Source of the DNA: an uncultured Candidatus Saccharibacteria bacterium
GTDB taxonomy: Bacteria; Patescibacteriota; Minisyncoccia; Phycocordibacterales; UBA9973
Length of the DNA: 64,000 bases
Assembly (NCBI GenBank): GCA_964599225.1
Contig: CAZRDO010000003.1
Location: 8,066-72,065, forward strand
Direction of reading: 5' to 3'
The position numbers and the translations under genes were made by a program. Positions 47,525 to 57,050 of this stretch are shown piece by piece. How positions within the stretch are numbered: position 1 is the first letter of the stretch; each line of letters begins with the position of its first letter. The notes under the pieces are model-generated. The model saw only the letters and a program-made list of their open reading frames with translations. It had not been told where the DNA came from and made no database searches.

Positions 47525-47554
47525 AAAAGGACATATAAATTTATATGTCCTTTT
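47525..47554. promoter_or_regulatory. Perfect 30-bp palindrome (AAAAGGACATATAAAT|TTATATGTCCTTTT), candidate operator/iteron cluster
   Basis: Two inverted AAGGACA half-sites. Direct copies lie at 47480, 47498 and 47527, and an imperfect inverted copy (CGGACA) at 47558-47563. An AT-rich stem-loop follows at 47569-47620. Confidence 0.4.
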
Positions 47555-48248
47555 ATGTGTCCGTTTGAGTGTGAGCTAAATATTAAACAATACATTTATT
47601 TGTATTCTAGAGGCTCACACTGTAAGGGATTGGATCTTTACCCGTCATATTTGGTAGCCGATAGTGAGCTCTATTGGCACCATATTAGATCTATAGTTTG
47701 TAGTTGAGAGAGATTTGCGAGCCATCAAATTTAGCCATGATGAGGAAGTGGAGTGCTACAGCAATGTAGACCTCGACTTATCCACAAATTGCCACTTTTG
47801 TGTGAGTTTGCAAATCAATGCAATTATAGCTATACTAGCTCGGTGCATACCTAATCGCTCTTTTGAGTGACTTTGTGCGCATAGGTTTATGGTCGCTTTT
47901 AGATAGGGGCGATCAGATAACCAAGGAAGTCGATTCAATGAACATTGAAAAGTGAATAGAAGTAAATAGGATGACGGCGCTACCCGATTCCTATATATGT
48001 ATGTTTTCTTTTTGATTTTGTTGGCTACGGCTTCTGCCCTGTCGACAAAGGCAATTCCGTTCCGAGTGGATTCGTCCACAGAGAACAACCTTCAGACGCC
48101 TTAATTAAGCGCCTGAATATATTCTTAACGATGCGCATCAATACTACAGTGGTTTTGTCGAACCACTATTAATCAGATAAGCGCATCAGCCCTCTTATAT
48201 AAATTGTTAAAGAATTTTTATAATGGCAACTTATACACGATAAATATT

Positions 48249-50153
48249 ATGAGTAAATTATTTAAAATTTCAGTCGCCGCTTTTGCTCTCCTTGCACTCG
48301 TTGCAGTTGGCTCAAAAGCAAATGCTGAAACTTGGGATTTCGGTACAACAACCCTTAAAATGGGTTCAAGTGGTACTTTTGTAATGAATCTCCAGACAGC
48401 ACTTAATACATGCGCAAGTGCAGGCCTCACTGCTGACGGATCGTTTGGTCCTAAGACAGATGCTGCAGTACGTGCGTTCCAAACAGCACACGCTCTCGTT
48501 GCTGACGGTCTCGTTGGTATGAATACCAAAGCTGCCCTTAATTCATGCGGAGGCGTGATTACTGGTGGAACAGGTTCATGTCCTACAGGCTTCACATGCG
48601 CTCCAACAACTCCAGTCGCTTGTCCAGCAGGCTTCACATGTACACCAGCAGGTGGCAGTGGAACTGTTACAGGTGGCGCAGGATCAGTTGACTCTTACAA
48701 CGAACTTTCATCTTTCTCTAACGAGGAAGTAGGAGAGGACGAAGAAGATGTTGAAATCGGAGGTATTGAAGTTGAAGTAGGAGATGGCTCTGACATAATG
48801 GTCACAGCTGTTAAACTTGACTTCTCTACACAGCCTGGAAATGATGACCTTGGTGACTTCATCACTGAAGTTGCAATTATGGTTGACGGTGAAGAGTTCG
48901 CTCGCGTTGACGCAGACGAATTCAACGATGACAATGATTGGACAAAGACTGTCACACTTTCAGACGGTGCAATCATCAAAGAAAATGAGACAGGAGAAAT
49001 TACTGTCGCAGTTACAGGAGTAAGTAACATTGACTCAGATGACGCTGGTGATGACTGGGCTCTTGATTTCGTGACAGTCCGATTTGAGGACGGTCAAGGA
49101 GCAACTATCTCAGAAGACACTGGTACAGATGCATTTGCATGGCAAGTAGATACGTTTGCCTCTGCCGCTGACGTTGAGCTCAAAGTTGCTGAAAGTAACG
49201 ACAATCCTGAAGCACAAGTTGTAGATATTGATTCATCCGATGACACCAATGGTGTTGAGGTTCTCAGATTTACTCTTGAAGCTAATGGTTCTGACATCGA
49301 AGTTAAGGATATTCCTGTTCTCTTCACAGTAACAGGAGCTACCGATGTTGATGCAGTTATCAACACCGCATACCTTACAATCGATGGAGAAGAATTCTCT
49401 GAATCTGTATCAACAAGCACAGCTGCAGCAACAGTTACTTTTGATGACATTGACTTCACAGTTGATGAAGGAGAAGAAGTTGAAGTAGTTGTTACAGTTG
49501 ATGTTAATAATACAGACTCAGCATTCGAACAAGGAGATACAATTAAGGCTGAACTCCGTGCAGCTTCAGAAGTTGACGGAATTGACGCTGAAGACCAAAC
49601 AGGTGAAGATCTAGCAATTGGTGATCTTACTGGTTCTGCTCTCGGTGAAGTAATGTCATTCTATGACGCAGGTATTATGGTTTCATTCGTGTCTGCTACA
49701 GAATCTTCTGCAGTTGATGATGGATCAGATGATGATACTGGTACCTTTGTACTCAAGTTCACAGTTGAAGCCTTTGGTGGAACAGTGTATGTGTCTGACA
49801 CAGCCGCTGCAACCGTCTCAACTTCAATTGCTGAAACATCGCTTACTAATGCAGACGGAATTCTCTACCTCGTAGAAGATTCTGGTACCGCTACAGTAGA
49901 TGATCTTGCTGATCTTCTTACTGAAGAAGGTGATGCTGATCTCAGTGCTTCAAACAACTGGACCCTTACAGATGGTGAAGAGTCTACATTCACGCTTACA
50001 GTCACACAGACAAATGACTCTATAGAAGACGACGGTCTCTACCGAATGCTTCTCAAGTCAATCGGATGGAATACAACTGATTCTGCAACTGTATACAATG
50101 TATACGACTTCGACCTTGAAGACTTCAAGACAGATCCTCTCTCTCTTAACTAA
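48249..50153 (+). CDS. Secreted peptidoglycan-binding-domain protein with Cys-rich linker and long highly acidic repetitive domain
   Basis: Signal peptide MSKLFKISVAAFALLALVAVGSKANA, then PG_binding_1-like (LQTALNTCASAGLTADGSFGPKTDAAVRAFQ). A tandem CPTGFTCAP / CPAGFTCTP repeat follows, then ~480 aa with more than 25% D+E. ATG at 48249; the track start at 48204 is upstream. Confidence 0.55.
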   Translation: MSKLFKISVAAFALLALVAVGSKANAETWDFGTTTLKMGSSGTFVMNLQTALNTCASAGLTADGSFGPKTDAAVRAFQTAHALVADGLVGMNTKAALNSCGGVITGGTGSCPTGFTCAPTTPVACPAGFTCTPAGGSGTVTGGAGSVDSYNELSSFSNEEVGEDEEDVEIGGIEVEVGDGSDIMVTAVKLDFSTQPGNDDLGDFITEVAIMVDGEEFARVDADEFNDDNDWTKTVTLSDGAIIKENETGEITVAVTGVSNIDSDDAGDDWALDFVTVRFEDGQGATISEDTGTDAFAWQVDTFASAADVELKVAESNDNPEAQVVDIDSSDDTNGVEVLRFTLEANGSDIEVKDIPVLFTVTGATDVDAVINTAYLTIDGEEFSESVSTSTAAATVTFDDIDFTVDEGEEVEVVVTVDVNNTDSAFEQGDTIKAELRAASEVDGIDAEDQTGEDLAIGDLTGSALGEVMSFYDAGIMVSFVSATESSAVDDGSDDDTGTFVLKFTVEAFGGTVYVSDTAAATVSTSIAETSLTNADGILYLVEDSGTATVDDLADLLTEEGDADLSASNNWTLTDGEESTFTLTVTQTNDSIEDDGLYRMLLKSIGWNTTDSATVYNVYDFDLEDFKTDPLSLN

Positions 50154-50192
50154 CAATTTGTTAGTATAAGAAAGACGAATCTAGTCTTTAAC

Positions 50193-50226
50193 AAAAAACC
50201 ACCCGAAGGGGTGGTTTTTTGTTTTG
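50193..50226 (+). terminator. Rho-independent terminator
   Basis: AAAAAACCACCC-GAAG-GGGTGGTTTTTT. Confidence 0.75.
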
Positions 50227-50310
50227 TTCCATAAACAATCATCGCATTGCATTAAAAGACAAACATGATAAAGTGCGAGTATTACAATTAGTTATGGTCC
50301 ATGAAATGCC

Positions 50311-53300
50311 ATGAATAAAAGCTTATATTTCCGTAATAAAAATATGAAACGCCTTGCCAAACTAACCGCATTTTCTGCGGCCTTTTTATTACTCCTCGAG
50401 CCTGTTTTTGTTGTCTTAGCTCAACAAGAACTACCTTCTTCTAATTCCATACAGGCTTCAGAAACTGTGGTACCAGTCACTGTTTCTGAAGTAGAGCCAA
50501 GTCCCACTAATACTCAGGAAGTAAATCCTAGTGAGATAAAAGATCTTATTGAAAGTAAGGTTATTGAAAAAGAGCTAAGGGGCAAATTAAAGGATAGGGA
50601 CCGAAATGATAATATAAAATTAGGTGGGGAGGGGATATCAAAAACACTCCAAGCAACTGAAAGTACAAAATTATTACCTAAAACCGATCCGTCCACTGGG
50701 GCACTCTTATATTCCTATCGTGTGGGACTTCCTGAAGGTAGAAATAATTTAACGCCTGAGCTTGCTCTTGAGTACAATAGCAATAGTAAAGATTCTCGTA
50801 GTTATATTGGATCGGGATGGGAGTTTAATATTCCTTCAATTGTACGGATTAACAAATATGGTTCAGAGCAAATGTACGATCATCATGATTTCTCCTCAAG
50901 TCTTTCAGGGGAGTTAATAAATATTTCTGGAATTTCTTATTCTGCGAAGGTAGAAAATAATGATTTTCTCTCCTATACGTTTTCAAATAATACTTGGACA
51001 GTTTACGATAAAGACGGTACGAGGTACGTATTTGGTCAAAGTGCAGAAACTCGGCAAGATGATCCTAGTGATAGCGCTCGTATTTATAAATGGATGCTTG
51101 AAGAAGTGCGCGATACGAATGATAATTACATTCGTTATGAATATTATAAAGACACAGGTCAGATTTATCCCTCGAAAATAATATATACAGGCCACGGTTC
51201 AGAAGAAGGAATGTTTGAGGTTATTTTTAATCGAGATGGAACATTTACAATGAGTCCTACATTGTATAGTACTGGTTTCGAAGTGAAAACTAAGTATAGA
51301 ATTTCTAGTATTGAAGTAGTAGAGAATGGTAATTGGGTTAAAAGATACGAAATTAGTTATGATGATACACAAAGCGGCAGACTTCCTATAGCAATTACAG
51401 AGTCGGGAAAAGATTTACAATCCGGAGTAGTTTCAATTGATAGTCCGACTAAGTTTACCTATAAAACACAAGAGACATCATTGGGATGGTCACAGACTGA
51501 GAATAATCTCTGGGAACTTCCTCACGCACTCTATTCTGGTGAAAATGGACCCACTCATATTCAAGTGAGAGATATAAATAATGATGCGTATCCGGATGTG
51601 CTCTTCTTCTCTGATGAAGAAACAGAGTGTCTTTATAAGAATACTTTCATAAATAATACTCATGGGGGATGGATAAATTATGGTGGCTGTGGAGCAGATT
51701 GGGAAATCCCAATATACTTAAGAAATCCCTATAATTTGTACTCTGACTATGGAACTCGTGCATTTGATTACAATGGTGATTTTCTCACCGATCTCATATG
51801 GTCATATGCATCTAACAAAGGCGTAACTGTTCCTGTCTCACAGACATTCAGAAATACTGGAGACCCAATTGACCCTTGGGTGCCCGATGATGTATATCCT
51901 CCGGTAGCGTTTGTGTATTACGATAATGTGCATGCTGATAATGGCGCGCAGATTATTGATGTAAACGGCGATGGGTTGCAAGATATCGTACGTTCTTTTA
52001 GTGATGGTTCTGAGCAAGATTATACTTATTTGAATAACGGATCTGGATGGATACAAGCAGCTCCAAATGATTGGGTATTGCCTGTGGGTATTATCACTCA
52101 AGATGGTGGACCAGATGATAACTTCACTCATGCACAATTTGTAGATATTAATGGGGATGGACTCACTGATATTTATTGGAGTGATGATGATAATCCAATG
52201 CTTGAGCGTACCTTTATCAATAATGGTCATACTTGGCTTCCTGATAGCATAGGTGACTGGACTATTCCTTTACCATTTTGGTCTAGAGAAGGTGCTGAAA
52301 TTGGGAATACGGATGCGGGCAGTCGAAGTACTGACGTGAATGGTGATGGAGCTATTGATCTTGTCTCTAGCCATTGTTGGAATTCGAATTGTGACGAAGT
52401 TGTAGGTTCGGTATGGCTAAATAAAAATGATGAATTTTCATCCGGAAGCTCATTCTATTTTACAGAAACTATTGTCCCTGAAGCTTTTGTAAATAACAAT
52501 TATGTGACCTTATACTCAGTTATTGTCGATATGAACGCTGATGGTATGGATGATATAACGTATGCATTGAGTGGAGAAGATGCGAGAACACACTTATCAA
52601 AATCTACTCCGTTCGTCAATCTTCTTGTAAGTATCGAAACACCATATGGGGGAGTTGCAAACATTAGTTATAAGCCATCGACAAAGTATTATGATGATAG
52701 CGGTATACTTCAGAATCCAAAGCTTCCGATTTTGATCACAACTGTTGATTCAATTACCACCGATGATGGATTTGGAAACGTTGCAACTGAGCATTTCACA
52801 TATGCTGATGGATTTTATTATTTTAATTCTCCACACGATCGCAAATTTGCTGGATTTGGAGTAGTGACAAGTACAGATTCTGTCGGTAATGTCGTGAAGA
52901 CCTACTATCACCAAGGCAATACCACAAACACATCTCTTGGTGAGGACACGGATCATATTTCCAAAATGGGTAGATCATATCGCACTGAAGAGTATGATGA
53001 CAGTGGTAATTTATATCGTCTTACAGTGAATAAGTGGGATAAATATGATATCGGTGTTGATCATGATTTTGTGAAACTTGCTCGTACCACCACGCTTACC
53101 TATGATGGTGATTCTGATCACAAAGATACTGCTGTTGAATATACATACGACAACGCGAACGGTAATCTGCTTACCGAAATAAACTATGGAGAAGTCATAG
53201 CAAATACTGATGGAAGTTTTACTGACACGAGTACGGATAAAGGTACAGTGGCTTATTTGTACGCAATAAATGGTAGTGGCCGATTCGCGATTTCTCAGCA

Positions 53301-56300
53301 AACACTTGTCAATAATGCTGGCAACAAAGTGAGTGATGCAAAATATTATTATGATAATCAAGCTTTTGGGGCACTCACACTTGGGAATACTACTAAGGTT
53401 CGTAATTGGAAAACAGGCTCACAGTGGGTTGATACACTAACAAGTTATAATTCATTTGGTCTGCCGATTACCACCACAGATCCGCGTGGCAAAGTCACTC
53501 AATATACAAACGATTCATACAATCTCTATCCTGCTACTATTACCAACTCACTGCTTCAAACTACGCAATATGTATATGATTATTCTTCCGGTAAACCAAC
53601 ACAGATCACTGATGCGAATAATCTAGTCACAAAAATAATGTTTGATGGCTTGGATCGTATTATCGAAGAAAAAATCCCTGACCTTACGACGCCAAGTACA
53701 CTGGTTACTAAAACAACATATACCTACACTGATACGCCAGGTGCGGTATCTGTGCACAAGACAGACTATTTAGATGACGCTACGAATGTTGATAGCTACC
53801 AATATTTTGACGGTCTTGGTCGTATCTTTCAAGAACGTAGAGAAGCCGAAGCCACTAATACATTTAATGTCAAAGATAGTATCTACAATACTCGCGGGCT
53901 TCTGGAGAAAGAATCTCTACCCTATGCCTCGACTGGAAGTGCTCGTACAGTATCCACTACTGATGGAGCACTTTATTCGACAAACACGTACGATGCACTC
54001 GCACGACCACTCACAACATCAAACATTCTCGGTACTACAGCCTTTGTATATGATGATTGGAAAACTACGATCACTGATACCAACGGAAAAGAGAAAATTT
54101 TCACTAATGGTGCAAGAGGTAATCTTACTAAAGTTGAAGAAAAAAATGGTGTGAGCACATACACGACATCCTATAAATGGGATCTGGTAAAAAATCTCAC
54201 TAAAATCACAGATGCACTCGGGAATATCCGCAATTTCACCTATGACGGACTTGGCCGCAAGCTGACTGCAGAAGACCTCCATGCTTCAGCTGACACAACA
54301 TTCGGGATTTGGTCTTATGGATATGATGATGCTGGTAATCTCACGCAATCAATTGATCCAAAGAATCAGACGATTAATTACACATATGATGATATCAATC
54401 GTAAATTAACTGAAGATTTTACTGGCGCGACTGGAACAGAAATTGTGTACGCGTACGATAGTGGGATATATGGCAAAGGGTATCTTGCAAGTGCCACTCT
54501 TCCTTCAGTTACCACTACCTACACTTACAATCCTCACGGCACTCTTGCAAGTGAGACAAAAACGATCGATGGAAGTGCATATACTACAAGTTATACATAT
54601 GATCGTTTAGGCAACCAAACCGTAGTGACCTACCCAGACCTTTCTCAAATGAAATATTTATATAGCACAGCAGGTTATCTCAACAAAATTCGTCGAAAGG
54701 AAAATGGCGGGAGTTTTGTCGATGTAGTGACGAGTTTCAATTATGCTCCAACAGGAGAAGTGAAAGTCATTAATTTTGCTAATGGTGTCAGTACAACCAA
54801 CACGTATGACGCAACTAAGCTCTACCGTCATACTAATAAAAAAACAAACATTGGTTCGACCAAATATCAAAATATTGGTTATACATATGATTCGGTTGGT
54901 AATATCACACAAATTGTCGATTCATCAAATACTAATACTGCGAAAACACTTACTTTTACCTACGACGATTTGTATCGACTTCTTTCAGCGACCTCAAATG
55001 GTGCGGTGGCAGGTGGTAACTTTACTGAAACGTATTCTTACAATGAACTTGGGAACATTCTCTCAAAGTCGGATGTTGGTACGTATGCGTATGCTGGCAA
55101 TACTGGTACACTCTTTGCCAATCCTCACGCTCCGACATCGATCGCCAGCGTTTCTCGGACCTATGATAAAAACGGCAATCTGTTAAATGATGGTGCCAAT
55201 ATATATACTTGGAATTACAAAAATCAACTTGCAAGTACGACTACTCCTGGTGGAGCGCTCTCATATATTTATGACCATAGTGGCTCAAGACAAAAGTATA
55301 TTACCCAAACCTCCACAACAATCACCCCAAACCGGTACTATGAAGAAGAGGGAACAATAAAACGTCGCCATATCTACGGAGGAGACACGTTGCTGGCAAC
55401 GATTGAAAAAGATGGAACAACGATCACTCCATACTATGTCCACAGTGACCACTTAGGATCGGTGGAGAAGATCACGAACCAGGCGGGGTTAGTCACCGAG
55501 CTCAATGATTTCTACCCATTCGGCAAGGTTCGGTACACTGAAGGAGGTACTGGAGGAGATAAAACATTCCTTGGGAAATATCATGATGTTGAGAGTGGTC
55601 TTGAATATTTAGAAGCACGGTATTATGGTAGCAAGCTTGGACAGTTTACTACTCAGGATCCGGCGTTTTTAGTTGTGGGAAATCCGAATGCAATTAAGTC
55701 ACTTACTTCACTCGAATTTGTCCAATATCTTTCTGATCCACAGGCAATGAATAGCTACAATTACGCGCGGAATAATCCGATTAAATACAAAGATGATGGA
55801 GGGAAATATTGGGAGTCAGCTCTCGATATTGCTTCATTATCACTGTCTCTAAGGGACTACCAAGCGAAACCAACACTTAAGAACTATCTTTTTGTTAGTG
55901 CCGATGTACTATCATTAGCATTTCCGGTTCCAGCATTTATCGGTTATGCTCGTCATGCTGATGAACTTGGAGATGCAGCAGGTATCTTAAAACGTCATGA
56001 ATCGATGGGAGGGCATACTCTAAAAACACATGTTGGACAGAGCAATGAGGCTCTTAAGGCACGATTTAATAACCCAAGATTTCATTCAGACTATTCAACA
56101 ACATTTCACTCTGAAGAAATTGGTAACCATGCAACATATAAAAACATTCAGAATAATATTGATAAAATTAATTCATGGATGGCAAATCCCAATGCTTTTA
56201 AATTAGAAATAAGTTCTAATCTAAGTGAAAATTTGGGCCATGGTTTTACCAGGGATGGCCATATTCTTGAAAATCTTACTGAAGTTCGGTTGATACTTAC

Positions 56301-56367
56301 GAAAACACAAAATGGTAAAGAATATATAAAATCATCGTATCCTTTTAAAAGTAGTAATAGTAATTAA
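50311..56367 (+). CDS. RHS/YD-repeat polymorphic toxin with Tc-toxin-B-like N-terminal region and variable C-terminal toxin domain
   Basis: Signal peptide; an alternative ATG at 50344 gives a better signal peptide. SpvB-like segment (YSYRVGLPEGRNNLTPELALEYNS...GSGWEFNIPSI). FG-GAP/VCBS-like repeats (DINNDAYPDV, DVNGDGLQDI, DINGDGLTDI, DVNGDGAIDL). Many YD repeats (YTYDGLGRKL, YGYDDAGNLT, YTYDRLGNQT). RHS core (RYYGSKLGQFTTQDP...NSYNYARNNPIKYKDDGG), then ~190 aa of unique C-terminus. Confidence 0.85.
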   Translation: MNKSLYFRNKNMKRLAKLTAFSAAFLLLLEPVFVVLAQQELPSSNSIQASETVVPVTVSEVEPSPTNTQEVNPSEIKDLIESKVIEKELRGKLKDRDRNDNIKLGGEGISKTLQATESTKLLPKTDPSTGALLYSYRVGLPEGRNNLTPELALEYNSNSKDSRSYIGSGWEFNIPSIVRINKYGSEQMYDHHDFSSSLSGELINISGISYSAKVENNDFLSYTFSNNTWTVYDKDGTRYVFGQSAETRQDDPSDSARIYKWMLEEVRDTNDNYIRYEYYKDTGQIYPSKIIYTGHGSEEGMFEVIFNRDGTFTMSPTLYSTGFEVKTKYRISSIEVVENGNWVKRYEISYDDTQSGRLPIAITESGKDLQSGVVSIDSPTKFTYKTQETSLGWSQTENNLWELPHALYSGENGPTHIQVRDINNDAYPDVLFFSDEETECLYKNTFINNTHGGWINYGGCGADWEIPIYLRNPYNLYSDYGTRAFDYNGDFLTDLIWSYASNKGVTVPVSQTFRNTGDPIDPWVPDDVYPPVAFVYYDNVHADNGAQIIDVNGDGLQDIVRSFSDGSEQDYTYLNNGSGWIQAAPNDWVLPVGIITQDGGPDDNFTHAQFVDINGDGLTDIYWSDDDNPMLERTFINNGHTWLPDSIGDWTIPLPFWSREGAEIGNTDAGSRSTDVNGDGAIDLVSSHCWNSNCDEVVGSVWLNKNDEFSSGSSFYFTETIVPEAFVNNNYVTLYSVIVDMNADGMDDITYALSGEDARTHLSKSTPFVNLLVSIETPYGGVANISYKPSTKYYDDSGILQNPKLPILITTVDSITTDDGFGNVATEHFTYADGFYYFNSPHDRKFAGFGVVTSTDSVGNVVKTYYHQGNTTNTSLGEDTDHISKMGRSYRTEEYDDSGNLYRLTVNKWDKYDIGVDHDFVKLARTTTLTYDGDSDHKDTAVEYTYDNANGNLLTEINYGEVIANTDGSFTDTSTDKGTVAYLYAINGSGRFAISQQTLVNNAGNKVSDAKYYYDNQAFGALTLGNTTKVRNWKTGSQWVDTLTSYNSFGLPITTTDPRGKVTQYTNDSYNLYPATITNSLLQTTQYVYDYSSGKPTQITDANNLVTKIMFDGLDRIIEEKIPDLTTPSTLVTKTTYTYTDTPGAVSVHKTDYLDDATNVDSYQYFDGLGRIFQERREAEATNTFNVKDSIYNTRGLLEKESLPYASTGSARTVSTTDGALYSTNTYDALARPLTTSNILGTTAFVYDDWKTTITDTNGKEKIFTNGARGNLTKVEEKNGVSTYTTSYKWDLVKNLTKITDALGNIRNFTYDGLGRKLTAEDLHASADTTFGIWSYGYDDAGNLTQSIDPKNQTINYTYDDINRKLTEDFTGATGTEIVYAYDSGIYGKGYLASATLPSVTTTYTYNPHGTLASETKTIDGSAYTTSYTYDRLGNQTVVTYPDLSQMKYLYSTAGYLNKIRRKENGGSFVDVVTSFNYAPTGEVKVINFANGVSTTNTYDATKLYRHTNKKTNIGSTKYQNIGYTYDSVGNITQIVDSSNTNTAKTLTFTYDDLYRLLSATSNGAVAGGNFTETYSYNELGNILSKSDVGTYAYAGNTGTLFANPHAPTSIASVSRTYDKNGNLLNDGANIYTWNYKNQLASTTTPGGALSYIYDHSGSRQKYITQTSTTITPNRYYEEEGTIKRRHIYGGDTLLATIEKDGTTITPYYVHSDHLGSVEKITNQAGLVTELNDFYPFGKVRYTEGGTGGDKTFLGKYHDVESGLEYLEARYYGSKLGQFTTQDPAFLVVGNPNAIKSLTSLEFVQYLSDPQAMNSYNYARNNPIKYKDDGGKYWESALDIASLSLSLRDYQAKPTLKNYLFVSADVLSLAFPVPAFIGYARHADELGDAAGILKRHESMGGHTLKTHVGQSNEALKARFNNPRFHSDYSTTFHSEEIGNHATYKNIQNNIDKINSWMANPNAFKLEISSNLSENLGHGFTRDGHILENLTEVRLILTKTQNGKEYIKSSYPFKSSNSN

Positions 56368-56371
56368 TAGT

Positions 56372-56878
56372 ATGAAAAAAAGAGTCTTTATCTGTGAACA
56401 AAATCAAAATTCTCCATCCAAGGAAAAATGGTGTGAAAATGTAAACCCATTGTTATTACAAGATAATCCCTACAACGGGACAGTTGCTACTAAAGATGTG
56501 TTAAAAAAAATTGAATTAGAAAAGTTTCCTCTCGTTGAAGATATTAGGCTTGTAGTCAAAAATACTGATATTCTTGGTGAGCGTTTGTACTACCAAAGTG
56601 ATGAACACGGGATTATTGCTACTTTCCCTTGGTGGGACAACATTAGGGAGTATATTAAAAAAGAAAAAATACAAAACCCTCTATATGGATCATTAGAAAT
56701 TCCATTTGAAGATATAGAGCAATCTTGGAATGTAATTATTTTTTTAAAGGGAGATTTTGTGTATTTTCTTGAAGGAAATGACGAAGAGTACAAAGAATAT
56801 TATCTCTATTATAAAGTTCCTAAAGATAAATATGATAAAGAATGGAATAATTTTCTAAAATTAGTATGGAATGGATAG
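56372..56878 (+). CDS. Putative cognate immunity protein of the RHS toxin
   Basis: 168-aa AT-rich ORF starting 5 nt after the toxin stop, in the classic toxin-immunity arrangement. No known domain. Confidence 0.5.
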   Translation: MKKRVFICEQNQNSPSKEKWCENVNPLLLQDNPYNGTVATKDVLKKIELEKFPLVEDIRLVVKNTDILGERLYYQSDEHGIIATFPWWDNIREYIKKEKIQNPLYGSLEIPFEDIEQSWNVIIFLKGDFVYFLEGNDEEYKEYYLYYKVPKDKYDKEWNNFLKLVWNG

Positions 56879-57050
56879 ATAATAATATCAAAATAAATAT
56901 AGTGAAAGAAAATAATCTAATAATTATTAGAGGTGCTAAAGAGCAGATTCTGTCTTTAAGCAAGGGACATGTGTTGATAATAAGGGGTCAGGCACCTTTT
57001 GTACAAGCGGTTTTTGTATTCCTATCATTGTGTTAATATGAAATTATTAT

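Noticed and set aside
47756-48088. 110-aa minus-strand ORF inside the long non-coding region
   Set aside because: No start context, no domain, and low-complexity translation in a GC-richer structured region. Probably a chance ORF.
47493-48248. RNase P RNA, tmRNA or SRP RNA in the long intergenic region
   Set aside because: I could not find the conserved P4 strands (GGAAAGUCCGG / ACAGAA-CCGGCUUA), a tmRNA T-arm/CCA end with a tag ORF, or the SRP domain IV GGAA-capped helix. Left as an unassigned possible ncRNA.
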